Source: the human T2T-CHM13v2.0 reference genome, Homo sapiens
DNA length: 64,000 nt
NCBI RefSeq assembly: GCF_009914755.1
Contig: NC_060938.1
Strand: one strand, 5' to 3'
Part shown: in pieces, positions 29,421 to 44,891 of the stretch
Layout of the letters: each line of letters starts with the position of its first letter
How positions within the stretch are numbered: position 1 is the stretch's first letter
The notes under the pieces: generated by a model
Told to the model about the DNA's origin: nothing
Database searches by the model: none
Seen by the model: only the letters and a program-made list of their open reading frames with translations
Program-made: the position numbers and the translations under genes

Positions 29421-31094
29421 TGGCCCCGATTTCCCCTCTACCCCCACCCTATTACACTCATTCATTAATTTTTAATAAAAAGGGAAAGGCCTGAAAAGAT
29501 TCTTACAAGAGTCTCGGGCGCTTGTTAATCCGCAGTGTGACAACGTTCTGGTTATGACTTACTAGAGGAATTGCTCACGGATACATTAGATGAATACCCA
29601 GGGCAAACCACGAGAAGGGCAGAATTCAGTGATCTCCTTTTTTAGGACTGAGGAGCACATACCTGCGATAGCGTATGCATAGCTGGACCGTTTTCCTCTT
29701 TACCTTGAAAAGCAAGAGTACAGCTTTTAATAGGTAAAGATTCCAGTGTTAAAGCATGAAGCCAGGCTCACTCGACCGCAAGAATTTTTTTTAGTTTTAC
29801 TACTAGAGAAATACACACCTGGGGGTTGTAAAGGTCTGTTTCGAAAAGGAACCCTCATTACAGGCAAAGGTAGCCTTCAGAAACATTTCATAAGTTCTTT
29901 GTTCACTGGTGTTCTTTGGGGGAAGAATAGAAATTTTTCATGCTGGCATCTCTGAGCCCACAATGCAAAGCGAGTTTGCTTCAGAAACTTGGAGTGAATT
30001 GCAAATATTGGAATGTTCTTTTCCTCACTCCAGGCGGAATGGGTAAAATCCATCCCCAGTCTCTTAACTGAAACTTTTGAAGCTAGTGTGTTTTGAATTC
30101 AAAAATACTTGGATTTTATCTTCATCTTTTTAGAAAGTCATGTTAGACGAGAGATAACACCCCCAGCAGAGTGGGGCACCCCATAATCCAACATTAATAT
30201 TTGCAGCAATAGATGTGAACATTCATTCTAAGTGGGGGCGAATAGAAACTATAAATAGCTTCAGGTCACATTTTGCCACCATGTAAGTTTTGTGCCAAAC
30301 TAGGGCAGATAAAGATTTATGGACCTAAAAGTAGGCATCATAAAAGCTAATATTTGTTGAGGTTTTGCTATATTCCAGGCAGCGACTAAGAGATTTGTTT
30401 ATTAAAAGTTTTACAGCAAATCTATGATGTGGGTACGATTCCGATCTTCCTTTGCCTCAAGTTTGGAGAGTTGGACTTGTCAACTCTGGCCGAACCAACC
30501 AGTGAAGAGCTGCAGTTATAGCTAGATAATCATACTTTAACGTTTACTTTTTTACCTATAAGCTAGATGTCCACATACAAAGAAAAGAGAATTTGGTATT
30601 TGTTTTCCACCCAAGCACTATTTTTTTAGGCACTTGATTGGACAGAGTCCCATTTAGTTCCTCGCAACATTACTGGCCTGGTTTTTATTTGTTTTGTTTT
30701 TTAAACTGCGTGCTTTTTACAAATAGTATGGCCTGTTCTTTATAGTTCGGGTTCATTCAGATGAGCCGACTTTTAGTGAAATAATTCAAACCCTCGTCTA
30801 AGGTCACTCTGCTAAGACTTTAATACAACCCTTCCCTTTCTCGCTATATTCTAACCCATCTGAACTGCTTATACCTCCCCAGAGATTCTCCCAGTTTTTA
30901 CACTAACTGCTCTTCTTTCCCTAGGGCCCATTTCACCGCCCTCTACTCCCGGCTCTTTCCTTATGGTCCTTATGGACTGCAAAAGACAGCACATCTCAGG
31001 AATCTCCATGTAATACTATAATTTCTCTAAAGGCCAACACATTGTTTGGCATATATGTTCCAATAAGTATATAACTAAATGCCAAGAAATATTG

Positions 31095-31260
31095 CAGGTT
31101 GCATATCCTTTATCCCAAATGCTTGGGACCAGAAGTGTTTCAGATTTTGGATTTTTTTTACATTACACCAGTTGAGCATCCAAAATCCAGAATGCTCTAA
31201 TGAGCATTTCCTTTGAGCGGCATGGTGGCACTCAAAAAGATTCAGATTTTTGAGCATTTC
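31095..31260. mobile_element. Tigger4/MER46-like MITE
   Basis: caggttg..atcctttatcccaaatgcttgggaccagaagtgtttcagattttgg. Confidence 0.65.
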
Positions 31261-31363
31261 AAAACCCCCGTTTTTGAGTTGCCCAAATGTAAAAAATGGA
31301 ACATAAGCAGATAAATGAGCCAATACTAAAAACTAGCATGTATTCTAATTTATAATTTATATT

Positions 31364-31631
31364 TTCTTTTTTTTTTTTTTTTTTGGAGACGGAGTCGCTT
31401 ACTGTAAGCTCCGCCTCCCAGGTTCCAGCGATTCTCCTGCCTCAGCCTATCGAAGCGAAGTAGCTGGGATTACAGGTGCCTTCCACCACGCCCAGCTAAT
31501 TTTCTGTATTTTTAGTTGAGATAGGGTTTTACCATTGGCCAGGCTGGTCTTGAATTCCTGGCCTCAAGTAATCCACCCACCTCGGCCTCCCAAAGTGCTG
31601 CGATTACAGGCTTGAGCCGCCGCACCCGGCC
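31364..31631 (-). mobile_element. Alu (partly deleted)
   Basis: Reverse Alu; TSD-like taatttatattttc. Confidence 0.88.
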
Positions 31632-32321
31632 ATTAATTTATATTTTCAGTACGATACATATCATCCCCCCATACTAAACAAATCAACCCAAAAATTTTGA
31701 TTTCGCTTAATTTCGCCTAACAAATATCTAACATGTATATAGCACTTTATAGATTAAGTGTGTTACTATTTTCTGTGCAGTGGGCAGGAATTATAACTTC
31801 TACAGATGGAAAATGGTCTCTTATTGAGAAGTTTTTTGTCAAAAGATAACCGTCAAAAGGATTCATGTCCGGGTTTCATCACTGTGTAGTCCCATACTGT
31901 TTATCACTCCATCACAATTTGAAGGCTGTCTGAAATATCCATGAACTCCACTGGTAATTCATGGAGTTCAACTCTCTTAACCACCCTCCTCCCTGACCCA
32001 TGATTTTTACCCTAACAGCCATGAGAGTTTCCAAAAATGTTATGTTTTACTTTTCTAGTGTATGTCAAAAGACATTTTGTACTGTTTTAAAATTACTATT
32101 CTTGCTATTCAAAGAATAAAAAGTATTGTTTTTCAGATGATGGGTGGATCATGCTATAAAATGGTAACAAAGTTTTGGAAATAATAGCTTTAGATTATTC
32201 CAAAAAGAAAAAAAAGAAAGCCTTTCTTGAGTATAAATTGTTTTTATGAGTTCAAGGTTACATTGGCCTCATCTTAATAATTAGCGATGATTCAGATATT
32301 TTGGAATAGCTTTATATTTTT

Positions 32322-32455
32322 ATTTATTTTTCTTTTTGAGACAGAGTGCCACTAATATTGCCCAGGCTGGTCTCTTAACTACTGGCCTCAAGCGGTCTTC
32401 CCACCTCAGCCTCCTGAGAAGCTGGGATTACAGGTGCACACTACCAAGCGCGGCT
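32322..32455 (-). mobile_element. Alu monomer (FLAM-like)
   Basis: Single reverse monomer; flanks gaatagcttt. Confidence 0.75.
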
Positions 32456-32589
32456 TAGAATAGCTTTTTAGAAAACCTAAACTTTTTATGTTCTGCAACT
32501 CTCCTCATATTGAAACGTTCATGTCCAACTGTTTTTCACCTTTTCTAATGAAAGTATTCTCCAAAGAACAAATTGGAATGCTTCCAATT

Positions 32590-33220
32590 ATAGTTGTTCC
32601 CCCTTATCCTAGGGGGACACATTGCAAGACTCCCCAATGAATCCCTGAAACTGAAGTCTGTATACACTGCCGAAGCCTAAGTATACCATGTTTTTTAGAT
32701 CTAATAACCAAGATGGGCTGATAGCGTATACAGCATGGATACACTGGACAAAGGGATGATTCACGTCCTAGGCAGGAGGGGGCAAACTTTCATTTTGCTA
32801 CTCAGAACATGCTCTTGCCCCATTTAAAACTTAGGAATTGGCCAGGTGCAGTGGTTCATGCCTAATCCCAGCACTTTGGGAGACTGAGGTGGGCGGATTA
32901 CTTGAGGCCAGGAGTTTGAGACCAGCCTGGCCAACATGGTGAAACCCCGTCTCTACCAAAAATTAAAAATTAGCCGGGCGTGGTGGCACGTGCCTATAAT
33001 CCCAGCTACTTGAGAGGCTCAGGTAGGAGAATCACTTAAACCTGGGAGGCGGAGGTTGCAGTGAGTCAAGATCACACTACTGCACTTTAGCCTGGGTGGC
33101 AGAGCGAGACTCCATCTCAAAAACAAAACAAAAAACTTACGAATTATTTATTTCTGGAATTTTTCATTTAATATGTTCGGACCTTAGGTAATTAAAACCA
33201 CAGATAAGGGGGGATCACCC
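32590..33220. mobile_element. MER44-like Tigger MITE, interrupted by a sense Alu (32839-33135)
   Basis: Inverted termini ccccttatc ... gataaggggg; internal Alu with TSD aaaactta(g/c)gaatt. Confidence 0.7.
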
Positions 33221-33695
33221 TAACATGAACGCTGTTTATTCTAGGAATGGAGAGCTGGTCACTTTACTAAGACAGTGCCGTAGAACAGAACTTGTTACTA
33301 ATTCCTATGCTTAGGGCTTTGTTTTTTAATCACAAGATTCTAGCACCTCCCCTATCTTCCAGACTTGGATTTTGAACTTTAAAATTTTGAAGTAGTGTTG
33401 TGAATCAGTTGAATATTATTAACTTGTAGAATAATTTATGTAATTCCATGACTAGGTAACTGTATAATTCTGAAAACCTGAACAGTCAAGGCCATTTGGT
33501 TCACTTTGATTCTCAACTCCAGAATTAATATGAACTTTGATACAGAATCATTTTCTATTTCAGAAAGGCTAACCCTGTTTAAAAAGCATGTTAGCCTTAC
33601 AACTTACCGTATATTTTCTACACTGTTAGTCCTAAAAATTTTATTGTGTGATGTGATTGACGTTAAACCTTAACATGGGAATGGGTTGTATGTGG

Positions 33696-34079
<384 letters not shown>

Positions 34080-34666
34080 TCATGATAATCAAATCATAAT
34101 TAGAAATAAGATGCTAAGAATACAAAGGTGGCTCTATGTTAATACTGTATTGATAGGTCAAAGGAGAAAAAGCATGAGATCAATTCATTAGATACTGAAA
34201 AGTCTTTTGAGGGAATTTAATGTCTTCTTGCTTTCTTTATTAACAGAATAGGAATAAATAATAGCATAGGCATAAATTAAAAATAATGTAATTTTTTAAA
34301 ATCTCAAACTAAAAATGGGAATCATACTTAAACATTAGCATTCCCAGGAGAGTTGGAGCAAGACCTCTGTGCCCACTATCACTCAACATTTCATTATTTA
34401 AGTCCTAGCAAGTGCAAAACAGAAAAGATGCATAAATATTAGAGAAGGAAAGTTATTTTTTGCAAATGGCGTATTTTTTATCTGGAAATACCAGAGAATC
34501 AAGTGAGAAACTTTGAAGAATAAAATAATTCAGTAATGATGCTTCCTACCCTAGGTTAATTAATATAAAGAAGAGTTAAATTCCTATGGCATATTTCTGG
34601 TAACAAAAACATCACTAAACTTTTAAATAAAACCCAAAACACTTCTAGTATTAAACATTTAAATGA

Positions 34667-35132
<466 letters not shown>

Positions 35133-35134
35133 TT

Positions 35135-35522
35135 GAATGAATGTGAGCTGTGTATACATTTAAGAAAGATTAATAAAAAGATAATTATTTGCCTCCCTCT
35201 TCCAGTTCAGGGTCTCAATGGCTGGAGCCTTTCTTGGCAATTCAGAGTCCAAGTTGGGAACCAGCCCTGAACTGGACGCCATCCCAGCACAGGGTGCTCT
35301 CACCTACACCCACGCTCACAGACTGGGCCGCGTAGACACATCCATTCATGTGCATCTTTGGGATATGGGAGGAAACTGGAGTACTTGGAGAAGACCCATA
35401 AAGATGGGAGAATGAGCCAGCTTCACACAGACAGTGACCTCAGCTGAGACTTTTTGTTTTTTCTTCTCATCAACATTATAACAAAACAAAGTTGAATGAA
35501 ACGTCTTTCGAGGACCTGCTAT
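35135..35522. mobile_element. MER6-like element
   Basis: ggctggagcc...gggaaccagccctg...tgggaggaaactggagtac...cacacagacagtgacc core, ending cgaggacctgct-ata. Confidence 0.6.
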
Positions 35523-35673
35523 AGACTAAAATTTTAAAACCCTGTCCCATATATGAACGAACAATTAGAAAATACAGTAGAAGAAAAGAGCCTATTTACA
35601 ACCACAGGGAAAAGTTTAACAGAAATCCCTTAAAAGAAATGTATATAGGAGATCTGATCAAGAAAATAAACTA

Positions 35674-36262
<589 letters not shown>

Positions 36263-36539
36263 TATACCTTGTTCTTGAACGAGATGATTTGACATTTTAA
36301 ATAGATGTTCCCCTAGATTAATCTGTAAATATAATACATTTCCAACCAGAATGCTAACACATTAATTTTTTTTTTTAACGATCTGGAAAAAATAAAAATA
36401 CATAGGAAAATCTGAAAAAAAAAAAAAAAAAAAAGACAGTAGGGTGACTCACATTAATGTTTATTTAAAATATATTGTAAAGCTTCTGTAATTAAAATGG
36501 AATGGTACAGTTGCAGACCAGTAGAAAAGAATAAAGTCA

Positions 36540-36780
36540 GCTGGGCACAGTATCTCACGCCTGTAATCCCAAGACTTTGGGAGGCCGAGGCAGGCAGATC
36601 ACTTGAGCTCCGGAGTTCAAGACCAGCCTGGGCAACATGGTGAAACTCCATCTCTACAAAAAAACTAGCTGGGCAGGATCGATTGAGCCCAGAAGGTCGA
36701 GTCTGCAGTGAGCTTATGATGGTGCCACTGCACTCTGGCCAGGGAACAAAGCAAGACTGTTTCAAAAAGAAAAGAATAAA
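36540..36780 (+). mobile_element. Alu (AluJ-like, internally deleted)
   Basis: TSD aaaagaataaagtc. Confidence 0.85.
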
Positions 36781-37280
36781 GTCCACAATATCTGTGGGAA
36801 ATGAAGGAGGCTCTATAGCCTGCTTGTTAAGAGCCTAAGTTCTGGAGTCATACTGGGTTTGAACTGCTTCTCTCCTTGTCATTAGCTCTGGGACCTTAAA
36901 CAAGTTAACTTGCCAAGCTTCCTCTTCTCCAGCTGTAAACTGGGGGTGAAAATAAAATTTGTATCTGGGTTCTGGAGCTACCAAGTGAGGTGGTGCACAG
37001 TACACCACCATGTTCCATGTTTCATGGTAAATATTGGATAGATGCTAGTTATAAATGGCAGCAGTATAGTGTAGTAAAGGTAGCTTGTCCAATTAGCTGA
37101 GAAAAGATAGATAGTTGATAATTATTGTTTGGAAGAATTTAAAGGTTTTAAACAAGAAGTTAAACCATAAAAATACTATATGAAAGCAAGGCAGAGTAGG
37201 GAAGGCCTTTGTAAATATATCACAAAATCCAGAAGCCACGTATAGGAAAACATTGATAGATTTGATGACATGAAATTTAA

Positions 37281-37663
<383 letters not shown>

Positions 37664-38042
37664 AAAAAATTTTAATCTCATATATGAAAGCTAGTCTGCT
37701 TAGTATCTTACAAAGCAGTGAGAGAAAAAGATGTGCTACTGAGTAATAAAATGATCAAAGGCAAAGAGTACCTACAGTCTTTTATTTATATAAAGTCAAA
37801 GAACAAGCAAAATTAAGTCAAAAATTGACTGCCATGAGGCAAGGTAGTTGATTGGAAAAGAGCATGAGTAAACTTTCTGGAGTGAGAAATGTTCTGTATC
37901 TTGGGGTGGTTATAGGGGCGTATACAATTATCAGAGCTTGTTAATCTGAACACTTAAGATCTCTGCATTTTGTTGAGTGCTAATTACACTTCAATTTAAA
38001 AATTGGTAAAAGTACTCCAGGACATCAATAAATTTAAATTTG

Positions 38043-38352
38043 GGAGTACACACAGTGGCTCATGGCTATAATCCCAATACTTTGGGAGGCTGAGGCAGGA
38101 GGGTCCTTTGATCCCAGGAGTTTGAGACCGGGTCTGGGCAACATAGTGAGACACCTGTCTCTGCAATAAATTTTTAAAATTTTAAGAAATTTGCTGGGCA
38201 TGATGGCACACACCTGTAGTACCGGCTATTAGGGAGACTGAGGCAAGAAGATGACTTGAGCCCAGGAGGTCAAGATTGCAGTGAGCTGTGATCTCTCTCG
38301 CCACTGCACTCCAGCCTGGGTGACAGAATGAGACCCTGTCTCCAAAAAAAAG
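38043..38352 (+). mobile_element. Alu (AluJ-like)
   Basis: Diverged dimer. Confidence 0.85.
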
Positions 38353-38872
38353 ACGAGGAAATGTAAGTTAAAATAAGACGCTAATTTTTAATATCTATTG
38401 TCATTATAAACAATAAATTTAATAATATCCAGTGGTAAAAGGAGTTAGAGAAATGAGTGTAAATTGGCATGGACTTTTCAAATGGATTTTAGATAAATTT
38501 ATCTGTTGACTCTAAATTCCATGTCCAGTGCTTTTTCCTGGTGTTAGATTCTCACACACAAACAAAGAAGTGTTGAGAGATGTTCACTGTATCATACTTA
38601 AAACAACTTATACTGCTACAAAAAGAAGGTAAATTAAATTGCAAATCATTTTTGTATGATGTGCAGCCATTAAAAGGGATGAAGTTAATAGAGCTGTATG
38701 AACTATTATGGAAAACTTTCCTATGTAAAGAAAAACACATTACATAAATAAGATTCCGCTTAAGTAATAATAATGTATGCATAGAAAGTTCCTTAAGGAA
38801 TATTTAAGAAATGGTGAACACTGATTTTGAAATTTTTCTTTCTTCCTTCATTTCTTTTCTTTTTTTAGGAAA

Positions 38873-38890
38873 ATGTCTGATGAATTTTCG
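38873..38890 (+). CDS. MAPK1IP1L: MAPK1IP1L coding exon 1 (MSDEFS), within the 22-nt micro-exon 38869-38890
   Basis: Long polypyrimidine tract plus AG at 38867-38868, then GAAAATGTCTGATGAATTTTCG, then donor GTAAGT. Phase 0, in frame with the next exon. Confidence 0.92.
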
Positions 38891-38994
38891 GTAAGTTGAT
38901 CAGTTTATCTGTGATAAGTTTTTCATCTCTTAAGAAAAACAACATGGTCCTAACTGGGCTACGTAAATCTTTTCACTTAAAAGAGATGCTTTAA

Positions 38995-39139
38995 CCAGGC
39001 ATGGTGGTGTGCACCTGTAGTCCTAGCTACTTGGGAGGATCCCTTGACCCCAAGAGTTTCAGGCTGCAGTGAGCCATGATTGTGCCATTGCACTCCTGCC
39101 TGGGTGACAGAGTGAGACTCTGTCTATAAATAAATAAAA
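38995..39139 (+). mobile_element. Partial Alu (right monomer)
   Basis: TSD aaaagagatgcttt. Confidence 0.8.
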
Positions 39140-39779
39140 GAGATGCTTTTTGTGATTCTTGGCTTTGGGGGTAGTAAAGAGATTTTGATAGGTGATTTGC
39201 CTTAGTTTACTGAGATAATAGCATGTTTGGAAATGTTTCCTGTATTTATGAAAATATGTATTTCTTTAAATGAAAATTTAAGATGTTACTTCTGTTGTTC
39301 TCTTTTACCCTGATAGTATTAATAGCCAACATTTATTAGAAATTATTATATACCAGGCACTCTGTGAAAGTGTACTACATGAAATATCATATTTAAGCCT
39401 CAAGTTAACCCTAAAACAGTTTTGAAACTGAAGAGGCTCTATCTCAGAGTATGTAGCTCCTTTGAGGTTAAGCCAGGATTCAAATCCATATCTTGACTGT
39501 TAGTTCTATCTTCTTAATTACTGTATTTTGTTGTATTAATACAGCAGAGAAATGAAGCACAATATGATTAGTTGTATTTAGAAAACGAGTTTCTCTGAAG
39601 AATTTGCACTGTAAAGTTGATACGCAAAGTAGCATCTCAAGGTTTATGTTAAATAGAGTATTTTTTAAATGACTAGCTTAGCTTTTGAAGATATTCTTGA
39701 GGTTTATAATCCCTGCCCCTATAGGTTACTATTCTCTGTGGGTTTATAATGGTGTTCGATGTAACTTTTCCCTAGATAG

Positions 39780-40535
<756 letters not shown>

Positions 40536-41189
40536 TAAAGTGTACTAATTGTACATAGCACAACTGACATTGTTTCTCCCCAGTTTTGGATGGAAGATTA
40601 AGAAGGCTTTTAAGTTTTTAAAAGAGGGTGTGTGTATATTAAATAAGTAAATTTCAAACCTTCAGGTAAAGCATTTAAAAGGATGAAAGCACTGTTTTAA
40701 GTATTCCTTGTGCTAAAAAGAAGAATTTTCCAAAGATCCCCAAAGACTTTGTAATGTAGTAAGCAGTGTCCTCAATAGCATCCTTTAGGTAAACTCTGAG
40801 ATTCATTTCATTGGGCTTTTTGTTTTATTATTATTATTTCTCAGTATTGTTTTATAGCATCACACCAAAGTACAGTTCAGTAAAAGCAGTCTCTACCTGT
40901 CTAGCTTGATAGAGGTAGATTTTTAGAGAATCCAAGGCAATGAGTAGGTAATGTTCATCTTTCAAGCAGTTCTCGAGCTCAAGATTACACCCCTATTCTT
41001 TATTGTCAGTTACATGTAATGCTTTATGCTTTACTGTCAGACAACCCAGTGTGGGGTTAACATCTTAGTTGAGGAGCCTGCCTTGGTCATATAACCAAAT
41101 GGAAAAGTACCCCACTTCCCCTGTGAGGTAAGCCAAACGAGTATCCAAACGCAGAGTAAAGATTTTCCTTAGGAAAAAAAATCTGTTAA

Positions 41190-41193
<4 letters not shown>

Positions 41194-41223
<30 letters not shown>

Positions 41224-41482
41224 AGACAGTCTTGCTCTGTCACCCAGGCAAGAGTGCAGTCTCTCGGCTCGCTGCAATCTCTACCTCTCAGGTTCAAGCG
41301 ATTCTCCTGAGTAGCTGGGATTACAGGCGTGTGCCACCACACCGGCTCATTTTTGTATTTTTAGTAGAGATGGAGTTTCACCATGTTGGCCAGGCTGGTC
41401 TTGAACTCCTGACCTCAAGTGATCCGCCTGCTTCAGCCTCCCAAAGTGCTGGGATTACAGGCCTGAGCCACCATGCCCAGCC
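41194..41482 (-). mobile_element. Alu (AluS-like) in MAPK1IP1L intron 3
   Basis: Reverse dimer; TSD aaaaaaaatctgttaactct. Confidence 0.92.
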
Positions 41483-41804
41483 AGGAAAAAAAAAAAATCT
41501 GTTAACTCTTAGTACGAAAATAACTAGCCAGATCTCTGATTAGATTAGTCAAACATCCAATCCAGCTATAAAGGAAAAGAAATCTTTAAAGTACCCCTAA
41601 AACTTCCTCCTTGCATTAGTGTAATTTCTTTCTTGCTATATATATTATCTAAAAATATTTGTTTTGCAAAGTGTATGCCAGAGTAAATGATGTGACTTGC
41701 TGTTTGGATTTATTAAGCAATAAATTTACTTTAAGCCACAGTAAGGAGTTAATAAACTCCATTTGCAAAATCTAGAAGTTGACTTTTTCTTTTTTCTATT
41801 GCAG

Positions 41805-41816
41805 TCTTACCATTAA
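41805..41816 (+). CDS. MAPK1IP1L: MAPK1IP1L last coding exon (SYH-stop); spliced protein is 245 aa
   Basis: Polypyrimidine tract plus gcAG at 41803-41804, then TCT TAC CAT TAA; 6+236+3 = 245 aa, matching the recalled length. Confidence 0.88.
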   Translation, partial: SYH

Positions 41817-43901
41817 GTTAACAATGGACGAAGAGATGACGCTTTGCTTTTTGAAGTACATGTATATGCACATGAATGCATATATAAAAATTGCTGGTTT
41901 CACTATTAGAGGGCATTCATGAAAGAACAACTCTTGCACCTCTCAGAGAAGATAACTGCCTCTTGTACTTGGATGCGTAGTACATCATATGTATACAATC
42001 AGATAAAAGCATAGAAGTAAATCATTCGGATGTGATTTTTATTTGGTTTTCATGGAAAGTTAAAGTGATAAAGTATATTGAATAGTTCTTTGACAGAATT
42101 TGTTTAAACTATGAAACTACACACTTAAAAATCTAAGATGTGGATTATTGTTAGAATCTGCAACTTCATTGGCAAATTATTTCAAGTATTTTTCTATAAT
42201 CACTTTCCCCTTCTAAATAAATAAACTTCGAGAATAACCCATCATAATCCAAACAAATGATGCCTCAACATTTTGAGCTGCTCTGTCGGACAAATAAACC
42301 TGGTCCTCTTGAGGTTATATTTTGGATATACATTTTTAAACTGTCAGTAATTATTGTCAGATGTGGAGTTCAATAGCCAGCCAGTGTTCATTTTTATCCT
42401 TGAGCTTTTAGTAAAAACTTCCTGGTTTTATTTTTAGTCATTGGGTCATACAGCACTAAAGTCTGCTATTTATGGAAACTAACTTTTTTGTTTTTAATCC
42501 AGGCCAACATGTATGTAAATTAAATTTTTAGATAATTGATTATCTCTTTGTACTACTTGAGATTTGATTATGAGATGTGCATATTGCTTTGGGAAGAGCT
42601 CGAGGAAGGAAATAATTCTCTCCTTTGTTTTGAACCTCAAACTAGATAAACCCTAGGAATTGCTTAACTGCAACAAGTAATTTTCATTCCCACAAAAACC
42701 TGAGGCAGCTCTTTTGCCCAGAGCGTTCCCTGTAGCCACCCCCACCCCACTTGCCCTTGGTTCTTTAGAAGGAGCACACACATCCCTTGATTCCTCCCTG
42801 ATGTGGTAAACTGGCACACTCCAGGGGTCTAAAACATAAAACAGTTGTGTTTAGGGAACCTTAAGTCATGCAGACATGACTGTTCTCTTTGTACAAGTGT
42901 GAATCAAAATATGTATCTCTTTTTCAGAGTCTGGTTAAGCTATGTCATTGTCTACTGCATAGTTTCCTGAGTCTGTTTGTAAAGTGCTTATGGCTAACAG
43001 TTCAGTTCTGTATTTGTTGACAGGTAAATAAGTGGAGTTGAGTGCCATCTTTGAAAAAATTACCCTCTAGCTCTAACACTGAAAATAATAATAAATTGTA
43101 GATCTCTGCAACTAAGTTTAAAGCAGTGTGACTGTGTTGCTTAAATATCAAGTATTGTTTATAACCACCAAAAAAAAAAAGCCCTGGTAGTTTTTTGGCA
43201 CCTTATGTTTAAATCAGATTCTTAGATTTGGAGTAGACCTGACCTTGTTATTTATTAGATAACATTTTGAATGTATCCATTGGATTTCTAAAATGTATTG
43301 TGAATTTCTCAGACAAACAGGATTTATGCTGGAGCTCTGTTTTGCTTAGAAATAAAATATTTAGTAGTTTATTTCTGCTCTAATTAAAATGTCAAGAATG
43401 CCAAATGCTGCCAGTTTTTTGGTTTGATAGCTACCTCCTTCTAAGAAAGCAAAATGGTTACCTTTGAGAGGAACATTCAGTGTTTAATCATCCCTTATGT
43501 TAACTAGATGATAGATTCAAGCTTTTAGAAATGAGAAAGTAGAAACTAATTTGTTAAGATATTTTCAGACTGCGGAATGTTGTTAGCTTTTTCTTTCACT
43601 TCTCTTCAAGGACAGGTGTTAGCTGTCTACAATACTGTTGAACTCTGTTGTCAAAGTAGCCCCCTTAGTCTACAAGGCAGGTAGCCTTGGCTTGAATTAT
43701 CAATATCAAAATGTCAGTTAACCATGGAGGGATAAAGTAATGTGAAAAGTGAGATGGCTGCAAAGATAGCTCTCCTTACAGTTATTTTGGCTGTCCTACA
43801 TTGGGATAAGCTGACAAATTAGCAGTATTTAGTTTAACACTGGAGCAAATATAATTTGAGTAGGAAGAAGAGATAGCAGGTTTGGGAATCTATAATTATG
43901 A

Positions 43902-44392
<491 letters not shown>

Positions 44393-44599
44393 GATTTTTT
44401 TTTTTTTTTTTAATGTAAGAATGGAGATAAAAGGGATAATATAATTTGCTTTTATATTGTTATTTTTGTAAAGCATCTTTTCTTCAATTCTTGTTGGCAT
44501 TCTGGGCCAAAATATTTCAGGTTGGTTCGGTGTGGAGTTAAGAAAAGCAGGCGTTTTAGTGGAGAAATGGGGAACAGCATCAAGAAAGGCTTTTTTCCT

Positions 44600-44891
44600 T
44601 TTTTCTTTTTTTTTTGGAGACAGAGTCTTGCCCTGTCACCCAGGCTGGAGTGCAATGGCGTGATCTTGGCTCGCTGCAACCTCTGCCTCCAGGTTCAAAC
44701 GATTCTTCTGCCTCAGCCTCCCAAGTAGCTGGGATTACAGGTGCCCGCCACCACACCCATTTTTGTATTTTTAGTAGAGACGGGGGTTTCACCATGTTGG
44801 CCAGGGTGGTCTGAAACTCCTGACCTCGTGATCCGCCTGCCTCAGCCTCCCAAAGTGCTGAGATTACAGGCGTGAGCCACCATGCGTGACC
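44600..44891 (-). mobile_element. Alu (AluS-like) in the MAPK1IP1L 3'UTR
   Basis: Reverse dimer. Confidence 0.92.
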
